Part shown: positions 16,782-24,404 of the stretch, piece by piece
Layout of the letters: the number at the start of each line of letters is the position of its first letter
Position numbering within the stretch: the stretch's first letter is position 1
From: Candidatus Rokuibacteriota bacterium
GTDB lineage: Bacteria; Methylomirabilota; Methylomirabilia; Rokubacteriales; CSP1-6
NCBI GenBank assembly: GCA_016188005.1
Contig: JACPIQ010000025.1
Location: 1-64,000, forward strand
DNA: 64,000 bases
Direction: 5' to 3'
The notes under the pieces: generated by a model
What the model was told of the DNA's origin: nothing
Databases searched by the model: none
What the model saw: the letters and a program-made list of their open reading frames with translations, nothing else
Program-made: the position numbers and the translations under genes

Positions 16782-17573
16782 ATGGCCGCATCGCCGTTCT
16801 CGCTGGAAGGCAGGATCGCCATCGTCACCGGGGGGGGCCTGGGCATCGGCCGCTCGATCTCCCTGGAGTTCGCCCGCGCCGGCGCCGACGTCGTCGTGGC
16901 GAGCCGCAAGCTCGAACACCTGGAAGCCGTGGTCGCCGAGATCAAGGCGCTGGGCCGCCGCTCCTTCGCCATGGCGGTGGACGTGCGCCAGGAGGACGGC
17001 GTGAAAGCGCTCGTGGAGCGCACGGCCCGGGAGCTCGGGCGGCTGGATGTCATGGTGAACAACGCCGGCGCCTCCTTCCGCGCCAAGCCCGAGGAGATCT
17101 CGCCCAATGGCTGGAACGCCGTGATCGGGATCAATCTCAACGGCGTCTTCTTCGGCTGCAAGTGGGCGGGGCGGCAGATGATGAGCCAGGGCCGCGGCGT
17201 CATCATCAACATCGCCTCAATCGCCGGCGTCTACGGCTCGACGATGATGCCGCATTACGGCGCCGCCAAGGCCGCCGTCATCAACTTCACCCGCAGCCTC
17301 GGCATGGCCTGGGGACGCCAGGGCATCCGCGTCAACTCCGTCGCCCCCGGCCCCGTCGAGACCGAGGGCTACCTCGACGTCCTCCACAAGACCAACCCGG
17401 ACGCGAAGAGGACCTACGACGCCGTGGCCAACCGCGTGGGCATGGGCCGCTGGGGGCGCGTGGAGGAGATCGCCTACCCGTGCATCTTCCTCGCCTCCGA
17501 CGCCTCCTCGTTCATGACAGGGGAGACCATCATCGTGGATGGCGGCCCGGCCCCGCACCTCGGCGAGGGGTAG
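16782..17573 (+). CDS. SDR-family oxidoreductase (3-oxoacyl-ACP-reductase-like).
   Basis: It has a TGGGLGIG Rossmann motif, NNAG, a catalytic YGAAKAA (YxxxK) motif and PG. The ATG at 16782 sits 6 nt after GAAGGAGG. Confidence 0.85.
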   Translation: MAASPFSLEGRIAIVTGGGLGIGRSISLEFARAGADVVVASRKLEHLEAVVAEIKALGRRSFAMAVDVRQEDGVKALVERTARELGRLDVMVNNAGASFRAKPEEISPNGWNAVIGINLNGVFFGCKWAGRQMMSQGRGVIINIASIAGVYGSTMMPHYGAAKAAVINFTRSLGMAWGRQGIRVNSVAPGPVETEGYLDVLHKTNPDAKRTYDAVANRVGMGRWGRVEEIAYPCIFLASDASSFMTGETIIVDGGPAPHLGEG

Positions 17574-17676
17574 AGCGCCGGCCGGGACGGCAGTCGACAC
17601 GCGGCGCCCGGGGGGGGGCAGGGGGCCGGCCCCGCGGAACCGTGGCCCGTCCGGAGACGCTGCCGTGGGTGGCGAC

Positions 17677-18441
17677 TCAGCGTGTTCCGCGGGGAGGGGC
17701 CCCTACCCCGGCCGGCGCCGGCTGCTGTCTGACAAACTCGGGGTAGATGGCCGCCAGCTGCTCGCGCACGGGGCCGCGCAGGAGCGCGAGCTGGTGCGGG
17801 GTCGGCGGCGGGGTGACCGGCGTCGGCCGCGGCGGGTGGAGCGGGAAGCCCGTGCGGGCCTCGACGTCCTCGAGCGTCGCGCCCGGGTGCACGCTCGTCA
17901 GCTCGAGCCGCTTCCGCTCCGGGTGGAAGGTCAGCACGGCGAGATCGCTCACCACCTCGCTCACCCCGCCGCGGCGATAGACACTCGGCGGCGAGGAGCC
18001 CGGCGCCGTCACGAAGTCCACCCGCGGCACGAAGACGCGGCGGCTGTGGTCGGTGCGGAAGAGGATGGTGCGGGGGATGACGAAGGGGAGCACGCCCTGG
18101 GCCCGCCCGCCGGGAAGCCGCACCGTGGGCCGGGCCGGATCGCCGATCAGGCAGAGGTTGAAGGCCCCAGTCCCGTCGATCTGGGCGCCGCTGCCGAAGA
18201 AGACGTCGATGCACCCCCGCATGGCGAAGTTGTAGAACTCCTGCATCCCGCCGTTGAACGGGAAATGCTCCGGGCTGCCGAGCAGGATGAGGCGGGCCCG
18301 CGGGGCATGGGTCGCCTTTGCGAGAAGAGAGGCGCTGGCGGGGATCGGGGACACCGAGCCCACGGCGATGGTCTCCCCGTCGCGGAGGAGGCGGGCGATG
18401 GCGGCGGCCATCAGCTCGGCCGGGGTGTAGTCGGCCACCAC
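17677..18441 (-). CDS. CoA-transferase subunit B (glutaconate/3-oxoacid CoA-transferase family).
   Basis: 254 aa with ...LIGDPARPTVRLPGG...; it has subunit B architecture and length. It lies 3 nt downstream of the subunit A ORF. Confidence 0.65.
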   Translation of the reverse strand: MVADYTPAELMAAAIARLLRDGETIAVGSVSPIPASASLLAKATHAPRARLILLGSPEHFPFNGGMQEFYNFAMRGCIDVFFGSGAQIDGTGAFNLCLIGDPARPTVRLPGGRAQGVLPFVIPRTILFRTDHSRRVFVPRVDFVTAPGSSPPSVYRRGGVSEVVSDLAVLTFHPERKRLELTSVHPGATLEDVEARTGFPLHPPRPTPVTPPPTPHQLALLRGPVREQLAAIYPEFVRQQPAPAGVGAPPRGTR

Positions 18442-18444
18442 GGC

Positions 18445-19311
18445 TCAGCTCCGCGCCGCGCCGGCCGGCACGGCCGCGACGCGCTCGAGGTATTCCGCGT
18501 GGCTCCGAGTCCCGAGGACGTAGCGGGCCAGGTAGGCGCGCATCCCCTCGGCGCTTCCCGCCGCATGCAGGTACTCGGCGATATGGGCGCGGTCGTCGCC
18601 GTAATGTCCGACGCAACCGGTGGGGTGGGCGCCACGCGGGGCGTGGACCAGGGCTGTGACGTGGATGCCGGGGATCAGCACCCCCGTGTGCGGTTCCGCC
18701 GCCAGGTCCCCCTCCGACACCTCCTCCACGGTGGCGATGACGAGGCGGGCGGCCTGGGCGATCAGCTTGGCGTCCAGCCTCCCCCAGGTGATGACATTGC
18801 CTGCGCGGTCGCCGCGGAAGCCGTGGAACACGGCCACGTCCGGAGCGATGGCCGGCACCACGGCGATCTCCTCGCGGGGATCGTAGGGGTTCGCCATCGC
18901 GACGAAGTCGGGGCGGACCTTCATGTAGTCGGTCCCGAGGAGCCCCCGCACGGGGAGGAAGGGGACGTTCATCACTCCAGCCTGGAGCGCGGCGATGAGG
19001 GCAGGTCAGGTGTGCTCCCGGCACACGAGCGTGCCGGCCTCGGCGTGGCGGCGGAAATTGGTGGCGAAGCCGTACTCGAGGAAGGAGAGGCTCGAGAGCT
19101 CCACCTCGGCGAGCGCGCCTGCGCCGATCATCAGGTCGGCCACGAAGCCCGAGCTGGGCGCGAGGACCAGGCGGAGACGGCGCCGCTCCTGACGGAGGAG
19201 CTCGTGGAAGAAGGCCACGGGCTCCATCTTCATGTAGCCCACGTAGACCACCTGGTCGCCGTCACGCACCAGGCCGGCGGCCTCCCGCATGCTCATCGGG
19301 GCACTGTCCAT
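18445..19311 (-). pseudogene. CoA-transferase subunit A (GctA-like) interrupted by an in-frame TGA at 19006..19008.
   Basis: Track ORFs 19006..19311 - (N-terminal part ...FATNFRRHAEAGTLVCREHT*) and 18445..18975 - (...MNVPFLPVRGLL...) are in the same frame, separated only by one TGA. The read-through sequence FRRHAEAGTLVCREHT*PALIAALQAGVMNVPFLPV aligns residue-for-residue with the Acidaminococcus GctA segment FRKWFEAGKLTMEDYSQDVIYMMWHAAALGLPFLPV (recalled from memory). Confidence 0.6.
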
Positions 19312-19371
19312 CGCGGGCTCCCTCCTCGTGCCGGCATGGTATCACCGGAACCGGCCGCCCGGCCCCCGGCG

Positions 19372-19785
19372 CTATTGCCAGGCGAGGGCGGTGGCCCTGA
19401 ACCGCGCCAGGTCGCCCAGGCGCCCCGCGAGGATCCCGACGACGATCTCCGCGTCCACGCGTGCATACTCGTGGACGAGGACGTTGCGGAACCCGGCCAT
19501 GCGAACCATCTGCGCTGTCAGTGCGGCATCGAGCAGACCGGCCTCGCCCAGGATCTCGAAGGCTTCGGCGTAGGTGGCCGGAACGCGGAGACCGCGGTCG
19601 GCGATGATGTGACTCGCCACGTCCACGCACACCTCGATGGCCATCTGGAGGGTGCGCTCGACGATGCGCTGGATCTTCCAGTCCCGGCGGTACTCCTCGA
19701 CGGTGATCCCCCGGTACTCCGAGACCTGCACCAGGTACTGATCGAGGTCGGCGAGCTTGCGGAGGATCAGATCCGGGTCAACCAC
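19372..19785 (-). CDS. hepT: HepT-like (DUF86/HEPN) toxin of a nucleotidyltransferase-type toxin-antitoxin pair.
   Basis: 137 aa from an in-frame GTG at 19785. It has the HEPN Rx4HxY motif (RNVLVHEYARVD). It overlaps the 3' end of the upstream MNT gene by 8 nt. Confidence 0.7.
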   Translation of the reverse strand: MVDPDLILRKLADLDQYLVQVSEYRGITVEEYRRDWKIQRIVERTLQMAIEVCVDVASHIIADRGLRVPATYAEAFEILGEAGLLDAALTAQMVRMAGFRNVLVHEYARVDAEIVVGILAGRLGDLARFRATALAWQ

Positions 19786-20200
19786 GAGCGAACCGCCGCG
19801 ACAGGAGCCGGTGCTCCAGGACCCTGAAGTCCATGAACTGCCGGAGTACTTGCGACTCGAAGCGGTGACGGCGGAAGGGGTCCCGATCCAGGATGACCCG
19901 ACGCGTGCCGAGGATCCGCCCTGCCAGGGCCGTGGGCGCCATGTCGAGGACCACCAGGTCCACCTCGTCGGTGCCGAGGTGCCTGGTGAGCAGCTGGAGG
20001 ATCTCCAGCCGGGCGTCCGCCGGATCCGCTGACTCATCGACATAGACGGCCACGTCCACGTCGCTGAGGGGGCGGAGCGTGCGTGTCGCGGCGCTCCCGA
20101 AGAGGTACGCAAAGACGACGGCCGGGCAGGCCTCCAGCGTCCGACCCAGTGTGTGGAGCCGCGACTGGATGTCCGCCGGGAGGGGCTTCGCGCGAATCAT
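19778..20200 (-). CDS. mntA: MNT-type nucleotidyltransferase antitoxin.
   Basis: A GSAATRTLRPLSDVDVAV motif (GSx10-13SDxD). The start is the ATG at 20200 (MIRAKPLP...); an alternative ATG lies at 20230. Confidence 0.7.
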   Translation of the reverse strand: MIRAKPLPADIQSRLHTLGRTLEACPAVVFAYLFGSAATRTLRPLSDVDVAVYVDESADPADARLEILQLLTRHLGTDEVDLVVLDMAPTALAGRILGTRRVILDRDPFRRHRFESQVLRQFMDFRVLEHRLLSRRFARG

Positions 20201-20281
20201 GCGGGCATTATAGCGGTGGGCGGCGAGCACTGGCTCCGGTTTCCCTGGCGCCCCTGCCGGGCCCGCTGGCGATGGGGCCGG

Positions 20282-21583
20282 CTAGCGGATGACGAAGCGG
20301 AGGCAGGCGTGGGCCTGGCGGAGCGCGGCCTCGGCCTCGGCCGGCGTGTCGGCGCGGGAGAAGATGAAGCCGAGATAGCGGTGCCCCTCGGGGAGCGGCA
20401 CAAGCTCCTGCCCCGCATGCGCGCTGATCGTCACGTCCTCCACCAGCGGCACGGCGCGGGCGGCGTCGACCCCTTCCACAGCCTCGAGGATGCCGGCCCT
20501 CGGGATGGGAATCATCATCACCGCCGCCGCGCGGCCCTCGCGCTCGAGCGTCTCGATGGGCAGCCCCAGCGCATGCCGCAGGATGATCTCCTCGAGGCTC
20601 CACCCCGTGCCGAAGCGTAGCGTGCGCGAGCAGAGCCCGCCGATGGAGCGGGCGGCGATCTCGAGCATCCACGGCCCCTCGGTGTTCAGGCGCAGCTCGG
20701 CGTGCACGGGGCCATCCTGGAGCCCCAGCGCCGTTGCGGCGCGGGCGGCGCAGACCTGGATGGCCCGCTGCGTCGCAGCCGGGAGCCGGGAGGGTGTCAC
20801 GTAGATGGTCTCCTCGAAGAACGGGCCGTCCAGCGGGTCCGGCTTGTCGAAGAGCGCCAGCGTGTTGAGCTCGCCGTGATTGAGGAGCCCCTCCAGCGCC
20901 ACCTCGACGCCCGGGATGAAGCGCTCCACCAGGATGCGGTCGGCGCCCTCGCCGAGGGCCTGCACCTCCGGGTCCGCCAGGATGGCCGCGATGCGCCGGA
21001 AGGCCCGAACGAACTCCGCCTCGTCGTCGGCGCGGATCACCCCCCGGCTCGCCGACAACATGAGCGGTTTGAGCACGCAGGGGTACGGCACGCGCCGCGC
21101 GGCGGCCGCCGGGTCCTCGGTCGCCGCGAAGGCGATGTGGTCCGGTCCCGGCACCCCGGCCCGCGCCAGCATCGCGCGCATGCGGAGCTTGTTCCGCGTC
21201 GCGCTGACGGCCGCCACGGGATTCGCCGCAGGGAGACCCAGTCGCTCGGCGATGACCGCGCCTACCACCGTCGTGACGTCGTCCACGGGCACCACGGCAT
21301 GAATCGGGCGCTCGCGGGCCAGCGCCTCGACCTGCCGGGCGGCGGCCTCGGGGTCGTGGAAGGGAAGCGTGAGCAGGTGGTCCGGGAACTCGCCCGACAT
21401 GACGCTGGGCCGCTCCGAGGCGATGACGAGATCCACCCCGAGCTGGCTGGCCGCCGCGACGAAGTCCTCGGTGCGGTAGGTGCTGGTGGGGATCAGCAGG
21501 AGGAGGCGCTTGCGCCCGTCGCCGGGCCGTGGGCGGCGGCGGCTACGCGCGGGACGAGAGGTGCGGGCTGGCTCCGGGATCAT
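20282..21583 (-). CDS. ATP-grasp domain protein (carboxylate-amine/L-amino-acid-ligase-like) with an Arg-rich N-terminal extension.
   Basis: An ATP-grasp pre-domain and core (VLKPLMLSASRGVIRADDEAEFVRAF...LVERFIPGVEVALEGLLNHGELNTLALFDK...HAELRLNTEGPWMLEIAARSIGG). I chose the internal ATG at 21583 (MIPEPARTSRPARSRRRPRPGDGRKRLLLLIPTSTY); the track ORF start at 21799 would overlap the tandem repeat. Confidence 0.7.
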   Translation of the reverse strand: MIPEPARTSRPARSRRRPRPGDGRKRLLLLIPTSTYRTEDFVAAASQLGVDLVIASERPSVMSGEFPDHLLTLPFHDPEAAARQVEALARERPIHAVVPVDDVTTVVGAVIAERLGLPAANPVAAVSATRNKLRMRAMLARAGVPGPDHIAFAATEDPAAAARRVPYPCVLKPLMLSASRGVIRADDEAEFVRAFRRIAAILADPEVQALGEGADRILVERFIPGVEVALEGLLNHGELNTLALFDKPDPLDGPFFEETIYVTPSRLPAATQRAIQVCAARAATALGLQDGPVHAELRLNTEGPWMLEIAARSIGGLCSRTLRFGTGWSLEEIILRHALGLPIETLEREGRAAAVMMIPIPRAGILEAVEGVDAARAVPLVEDVTISAHAGQELVPLPEGHRYLGFIFSRADTPAEAEAALRQAHACLRFVIR

Positions 21584-21652
21584 GATGGGCAGAGTCGAAC
21601 GTGTCGCTCGCAGTGAAGTGAGTTTATCATGACGCAACCGAGGCGGTCGAAA

Positions 21653-21841
21653 CGGGGGTGACGGCGCCTGAGATCGCGCGAGGAGACCCGCCCAGCGCAA
21701 CCATCCGGCGGGGGCGGGCGTGGCGACAGCCCGGGTGCCCGCCCCTGTGGGGGTGACAGCACCTGAGATCGCGCGAGGAGACCCGCCCAGCGCAACCATC
21801 CGGCGGGGGCGGGCGTGGCGACAGCCCGGGTGCCCGCCCCT
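21653..21841. repeat. Tandem array of two ~96-bp units immediately upstream of the LLM oxidoreductase gene. The 3' module is homologous to the 16448..16766 repeat units.
   Basis: GGGGGTGAC(G/A)GC(G/A)CCTGAGATCGCGCGAGGAGACCCGCCCAGCGCAACCATCCGGCGGGGGCGGGCGTGGCGACAGCCCGGGTGCCCGCCCCTG occurs twice, followed by GTGAAGGAGCCATCGCATG. Each unit contains a 9-bp GC stem (GGGGCGGGC ... GCCCGCCCC). Confidence 0.85.
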
Positions 21842-21858
21842 GGTGAAGGAGCCATCGC

Positions 21859-22800
21859 ATGCGCATCGGCATCATGATCGAGGGACAGGAGGGGCTCACC
21901 TGGGAGCGCTGGTTCAGGCTCGCGCAGGCCGCCGAGGATCTCGGCTACGAGTCCCTGTGCCGCTCCGACCACCTGACGGGGCTCGCCGGCCAGTCGCGGC
22001 GGCCGTCACTCGAGACGTGGACCTCGATCGCGGCGCTGGCGACCCGCACGCGGCGCATCCGCTTCGGCCCCCTCGTCTCCCCCCTCACCTTCTACCATCC
22101 GGCGCTGCTCGCCAAGATGGCGGCGTCCGTGGACGCGCTGTCGGGCGGCCGGGTCGACCTCGGCATCGGCGCCGGCTGGAACGCGTACGAGCACGCGATG
22201 TTCGGGCTGCCGTTCCCCCCTCTCAAGGAGCGCCTCGATCGCCTCGAGTGCGGCGCCCGGCTCATCCGGGCTCTCGGCGTGGGCCAGCCCGTCACGCTCG
22301 AGCAGCCCTATTTCCCGCTCCTCAGGGCCGAGAGCCACCCCCTGCCGCGCCACGGTCGGCTACGGCTGGTGATCGGCGGGCGGGGCGAGCGCCGAACCCT
22401 GCGGATCGTGGCGGAGTTCGCCGACGAGTGGAATGTGACGCGCGTGGACGTGGGGGGCTTCCGCCAGAAGCGCCAGGTGCTGGCCGAGCACTGCCGGGCC
22501 GTCGGCCGCGATCCCGAGACCATCACTCGCTCGCTGATGGTCCCCCTGGCCCTCGGCGCCGACCCGGCCGACGTGGCGCAGCGGATCGGCGCCGCCCGGG
22601 CCATCTTCCCCGTCCTGCCCGAGGACGAGGAGGGCTGGCGCGCGGCGGGCTTCCTGGCCGGCTCCCCGGAGGCCGTCGCGCAGGATCTCCGGTGGTGGGC
22701 CGAGGCCGGAATGGAGCGGGTCCTCCTCCAGCTCCTGGATCAGGAGGACATCGCGGCGCTGGAGCTCTTCGCGCGGGCCGTGATGCCCGCCCTCGCCTGA
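21859..22800 (+). CDS. LLM-class (luciferase-like) flavin/F420-dependent oxidoreductase.
   Basis: MRIGIMIEGQEGLTWERW...SLCRSDHL...GRVDLGIGAGW is the typical LLM N-terminus and TIM-barrel block organisation. It is 313 aa. Confidence 0.8.
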   Translation: MRIGIMIEGQEGLTWERWFRLAQAAEDLGYESLCRSDHLTGLAGQSRRPSLETWTSIAALATRTRRIRFGPLVSPLTFYHPALLAKMAASVDALSGGRVDLGIGAGWNAYEHAMFGLPFPPLKERLDRLECGARLIRALGVGQPVTLEQPYFPLLRAESHPLPRHGRLRLVIGGRGERRTLRIVAEFADEWNVTRVDVGGFRQKRQVLAEHCRAVGRDPETITRSLMVPLALGADPADVAQRIGAARAIFPVLPEDEEGWRAAGFLAGSPEAVAQDLRWWAEAGMERVLLQLLDQEDIAALELFARAVMPALA

Positions 22801-22819
22801 GCCGCGGAACCCGGGGAGG

Positions 22820-23557
22820 ATGGCTGCCATGCCTGCAGGGGATGCGATCGTCGCGCTGGTCACCCTCACCGCCATGGAGATCGTGCTCGGCATCGACAAC
22901 GTCGTCTTCATCGCCATCCTGACGGGACGGCTGCCGACGGGCCAGCAGGCCCTGGCCCGTCGGCTCGGCCTCGCGCTGGCGCTGGTGATCCGGATCGGTC
23001 TCCTCTTCGCCATCTCGTGGATGATGGGCCTGACGGCCCCCTTCGTCTCCGTCCTCGGCCATCCCGTATCGGGGCGCGACCTGATCCTCCTGGGGGGCGG
23101 CCTCTTCCTGATCGGGAAGGCCACCTGGGAGGTCTACGACAAGCTGGAGGCCGAGCACGTCGAGACCGCGTCGGCCGGGCAGCGGACAGCCTTGCTGTGG
23201 GTCCTCGCGCAGATCCTCCTCCTCGACATCGTCTTCTCGCTCGATTCGGTGATCACGGCGGTGGGCATGGCCAGCCAGGTCTCCATCATGGTGGTCGCCA
23301 TGGTCCTCGCCATGCTGGTGATGCTCGTCTCCGCCGGCCCCATCGGCGGCTTCGTCGAGCGCCACCCGAGCGTGAAGATCCTGGCGCTGGCCTTCCTCCT
23401 GCTCATCGGCGTGATGCTGGTGGCCGAGGGGATGGGTACCCACGTGGAGAAGGGCTACCTCTACTTCGCCATGGCCTTCTCGCTCTTCGTGGAGCTGCTG
23501 AACCTGCGCTACCGCGCCAAGCGCCGGCCGCTGCCCCTCCACCACCGCTTCGAGTAG
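22820..23557 (+). CDS. TerC-family integral membrane protein.
   Basis: EIVLGIDNVVFIAIL... and LLLDIVFSLDSVITAVGM are duplicated TerC motifs. It is polytopic. Confidence 0.8.
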   Translation: MAAMPAGDAIVALVTLTAMEIVLGIDNVVFIAILTGRLPTGQQALARRLGLALALVIRIGLLFAISWMMGLTAPFVSVLGHPVSGRDLILLGGGLFLIGKATWEVYDKLEAEHVETASAGQRTALLWVLAQILLLDIVFSLDSVITAVGMASQVSIMVVAMVLAMLVMLVSAGPIGGFVERHPSVKILALAFLLLIGVMLVAEGMGTHVEKGYLYFAMAFSLFVELLNLRYRAKRRPLPLHHRFE

Positions 23558-23620
23558 GGGGTCAGGTCTTGCAAACCGACACGTCACCCTGACCGATGTC
23601 GTAATGCAAGACCTGACCCC
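23557..23620. repeat. Palindromic REP/MITE-like element, copy 2.
   Basis: GGGGTCAGGTCTTGCAAACCGACACG...CCGATGTCGTAATGCAAGACCTGACCCC. The arms are identical to copy 1 at 2377..2448 and the loop differs. It lies exactly between the convergent terC and HAD gene ends. Confidence 0.75.
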
Positions 23621-24402
23621 TACGAGAGGAGGCGGCGGAGCTGGGCCATGGACTTCACGACGAAGTGCGCGACGCCGTCGAGACCGCCGTCGGGGGCGAA
23701 GAGGATGGCCGTCATCCCCACGCGGCGGGCGCCGCGGATGTCGGAGTCCACGCTGTCCCCCACCATGGCGGCCTCCTCGGCGCGCACCCTCATACGCTGA
23801 AGCGCCAGCTCGAAGAGCGGCGGCTCGGGCTTGCCGATCACGACGGGGCGGGCGCCCGCCGCCGCCGCCACCGATTCCGCCACCGCCCCGCAGCCGGGGA
23901 GGAAGTCGCCGCCCTCGAGCGGCAGCCGCGGGTCGAGGTTCGCCGTGACGAAGGCCGCGCCGCCCGCGATCGCGCGAGCGGCGGCCGTCAGCCGCTCGAA
24001 GCTGAACGCGAAGTCGTTGCCCACCACGACCACCGTGGCCTCGCCGTAGCGGTCCATGGGCACCAGCGTGTGGCCGCCGTCCCGCACCGCCGCCTCGAGC
24101 TCGGGGCCCCCGATGGCGAGCACCCGCGACGCCCCCCAGCGCGCGGCGATCACCTGGCCGAGGATCTCGAGCGGCGTGAGGACGTCTTCCACCGCGGCCT
24201 CGACGCCCAGGCGCGCGAGCTTGGCGTGCATGGTGGCTGACCGCGCCCGCGAGTTGTTGGTGAGGAAGGACACCGCCCGCCCCTGCGCTCTCAGGAGGGC
24301 CAGCACCTCGGCCGCTCCCGGCACGAGGATGTCGCCCGTCCACACACAGCCGTCCAGATCGAAGACGAAGCCGCGCAGCGCGCGCAGCTCCCGGCGCGAC
24401 AT
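23620..24402 (-). CDS. HAD-IIA family hydrolase (NagD/pNPPase-like sugar-phosphate phosphatase).
   Basis: Motif I FVFDLDGCVW, motif II SFLTNNS, and C-terminal KPEPPLF...MVGDSVDSDIRGARRVG (motifs III/IV). It is the C-terminal 260 aa of track ORF 23620..25107 -. Confidence 0.8.
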   Translation of the reverse strand: MSRRELRALRGFVFDLDGCVWTGDILVPGAAEVLALLRAQGRAVSFLTNNSRARSATMHAKLARLGVEAAVEDVLTPLEILGQVIAARWGASRVLAIGGPELEAAVRDGGHTLVPMDRYGEATVVVVGNDFAFSFERLTAAARAIAGGAAFVTANLDPRLPLEGGDFLPGCGAVAESVAAAAGARPVVIGKPEPPLFELALQRMRVRAEEAAMVGDSVDSDIRGARRVGMTAILFAPDGGLDGVAHFVVKSMAQLRRLLS

Positions 24403-24404
24403 GG

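Noticed and set aside
16176-16919. Minus-strand ORFs encoding repeated PGLSPARARRNTACGCSIALRESRFPL peptides.
   Set aside because: These are translations of the tandem 88-nt DNA repeat. The periodic protein is an artefact of the non-coding repeat.
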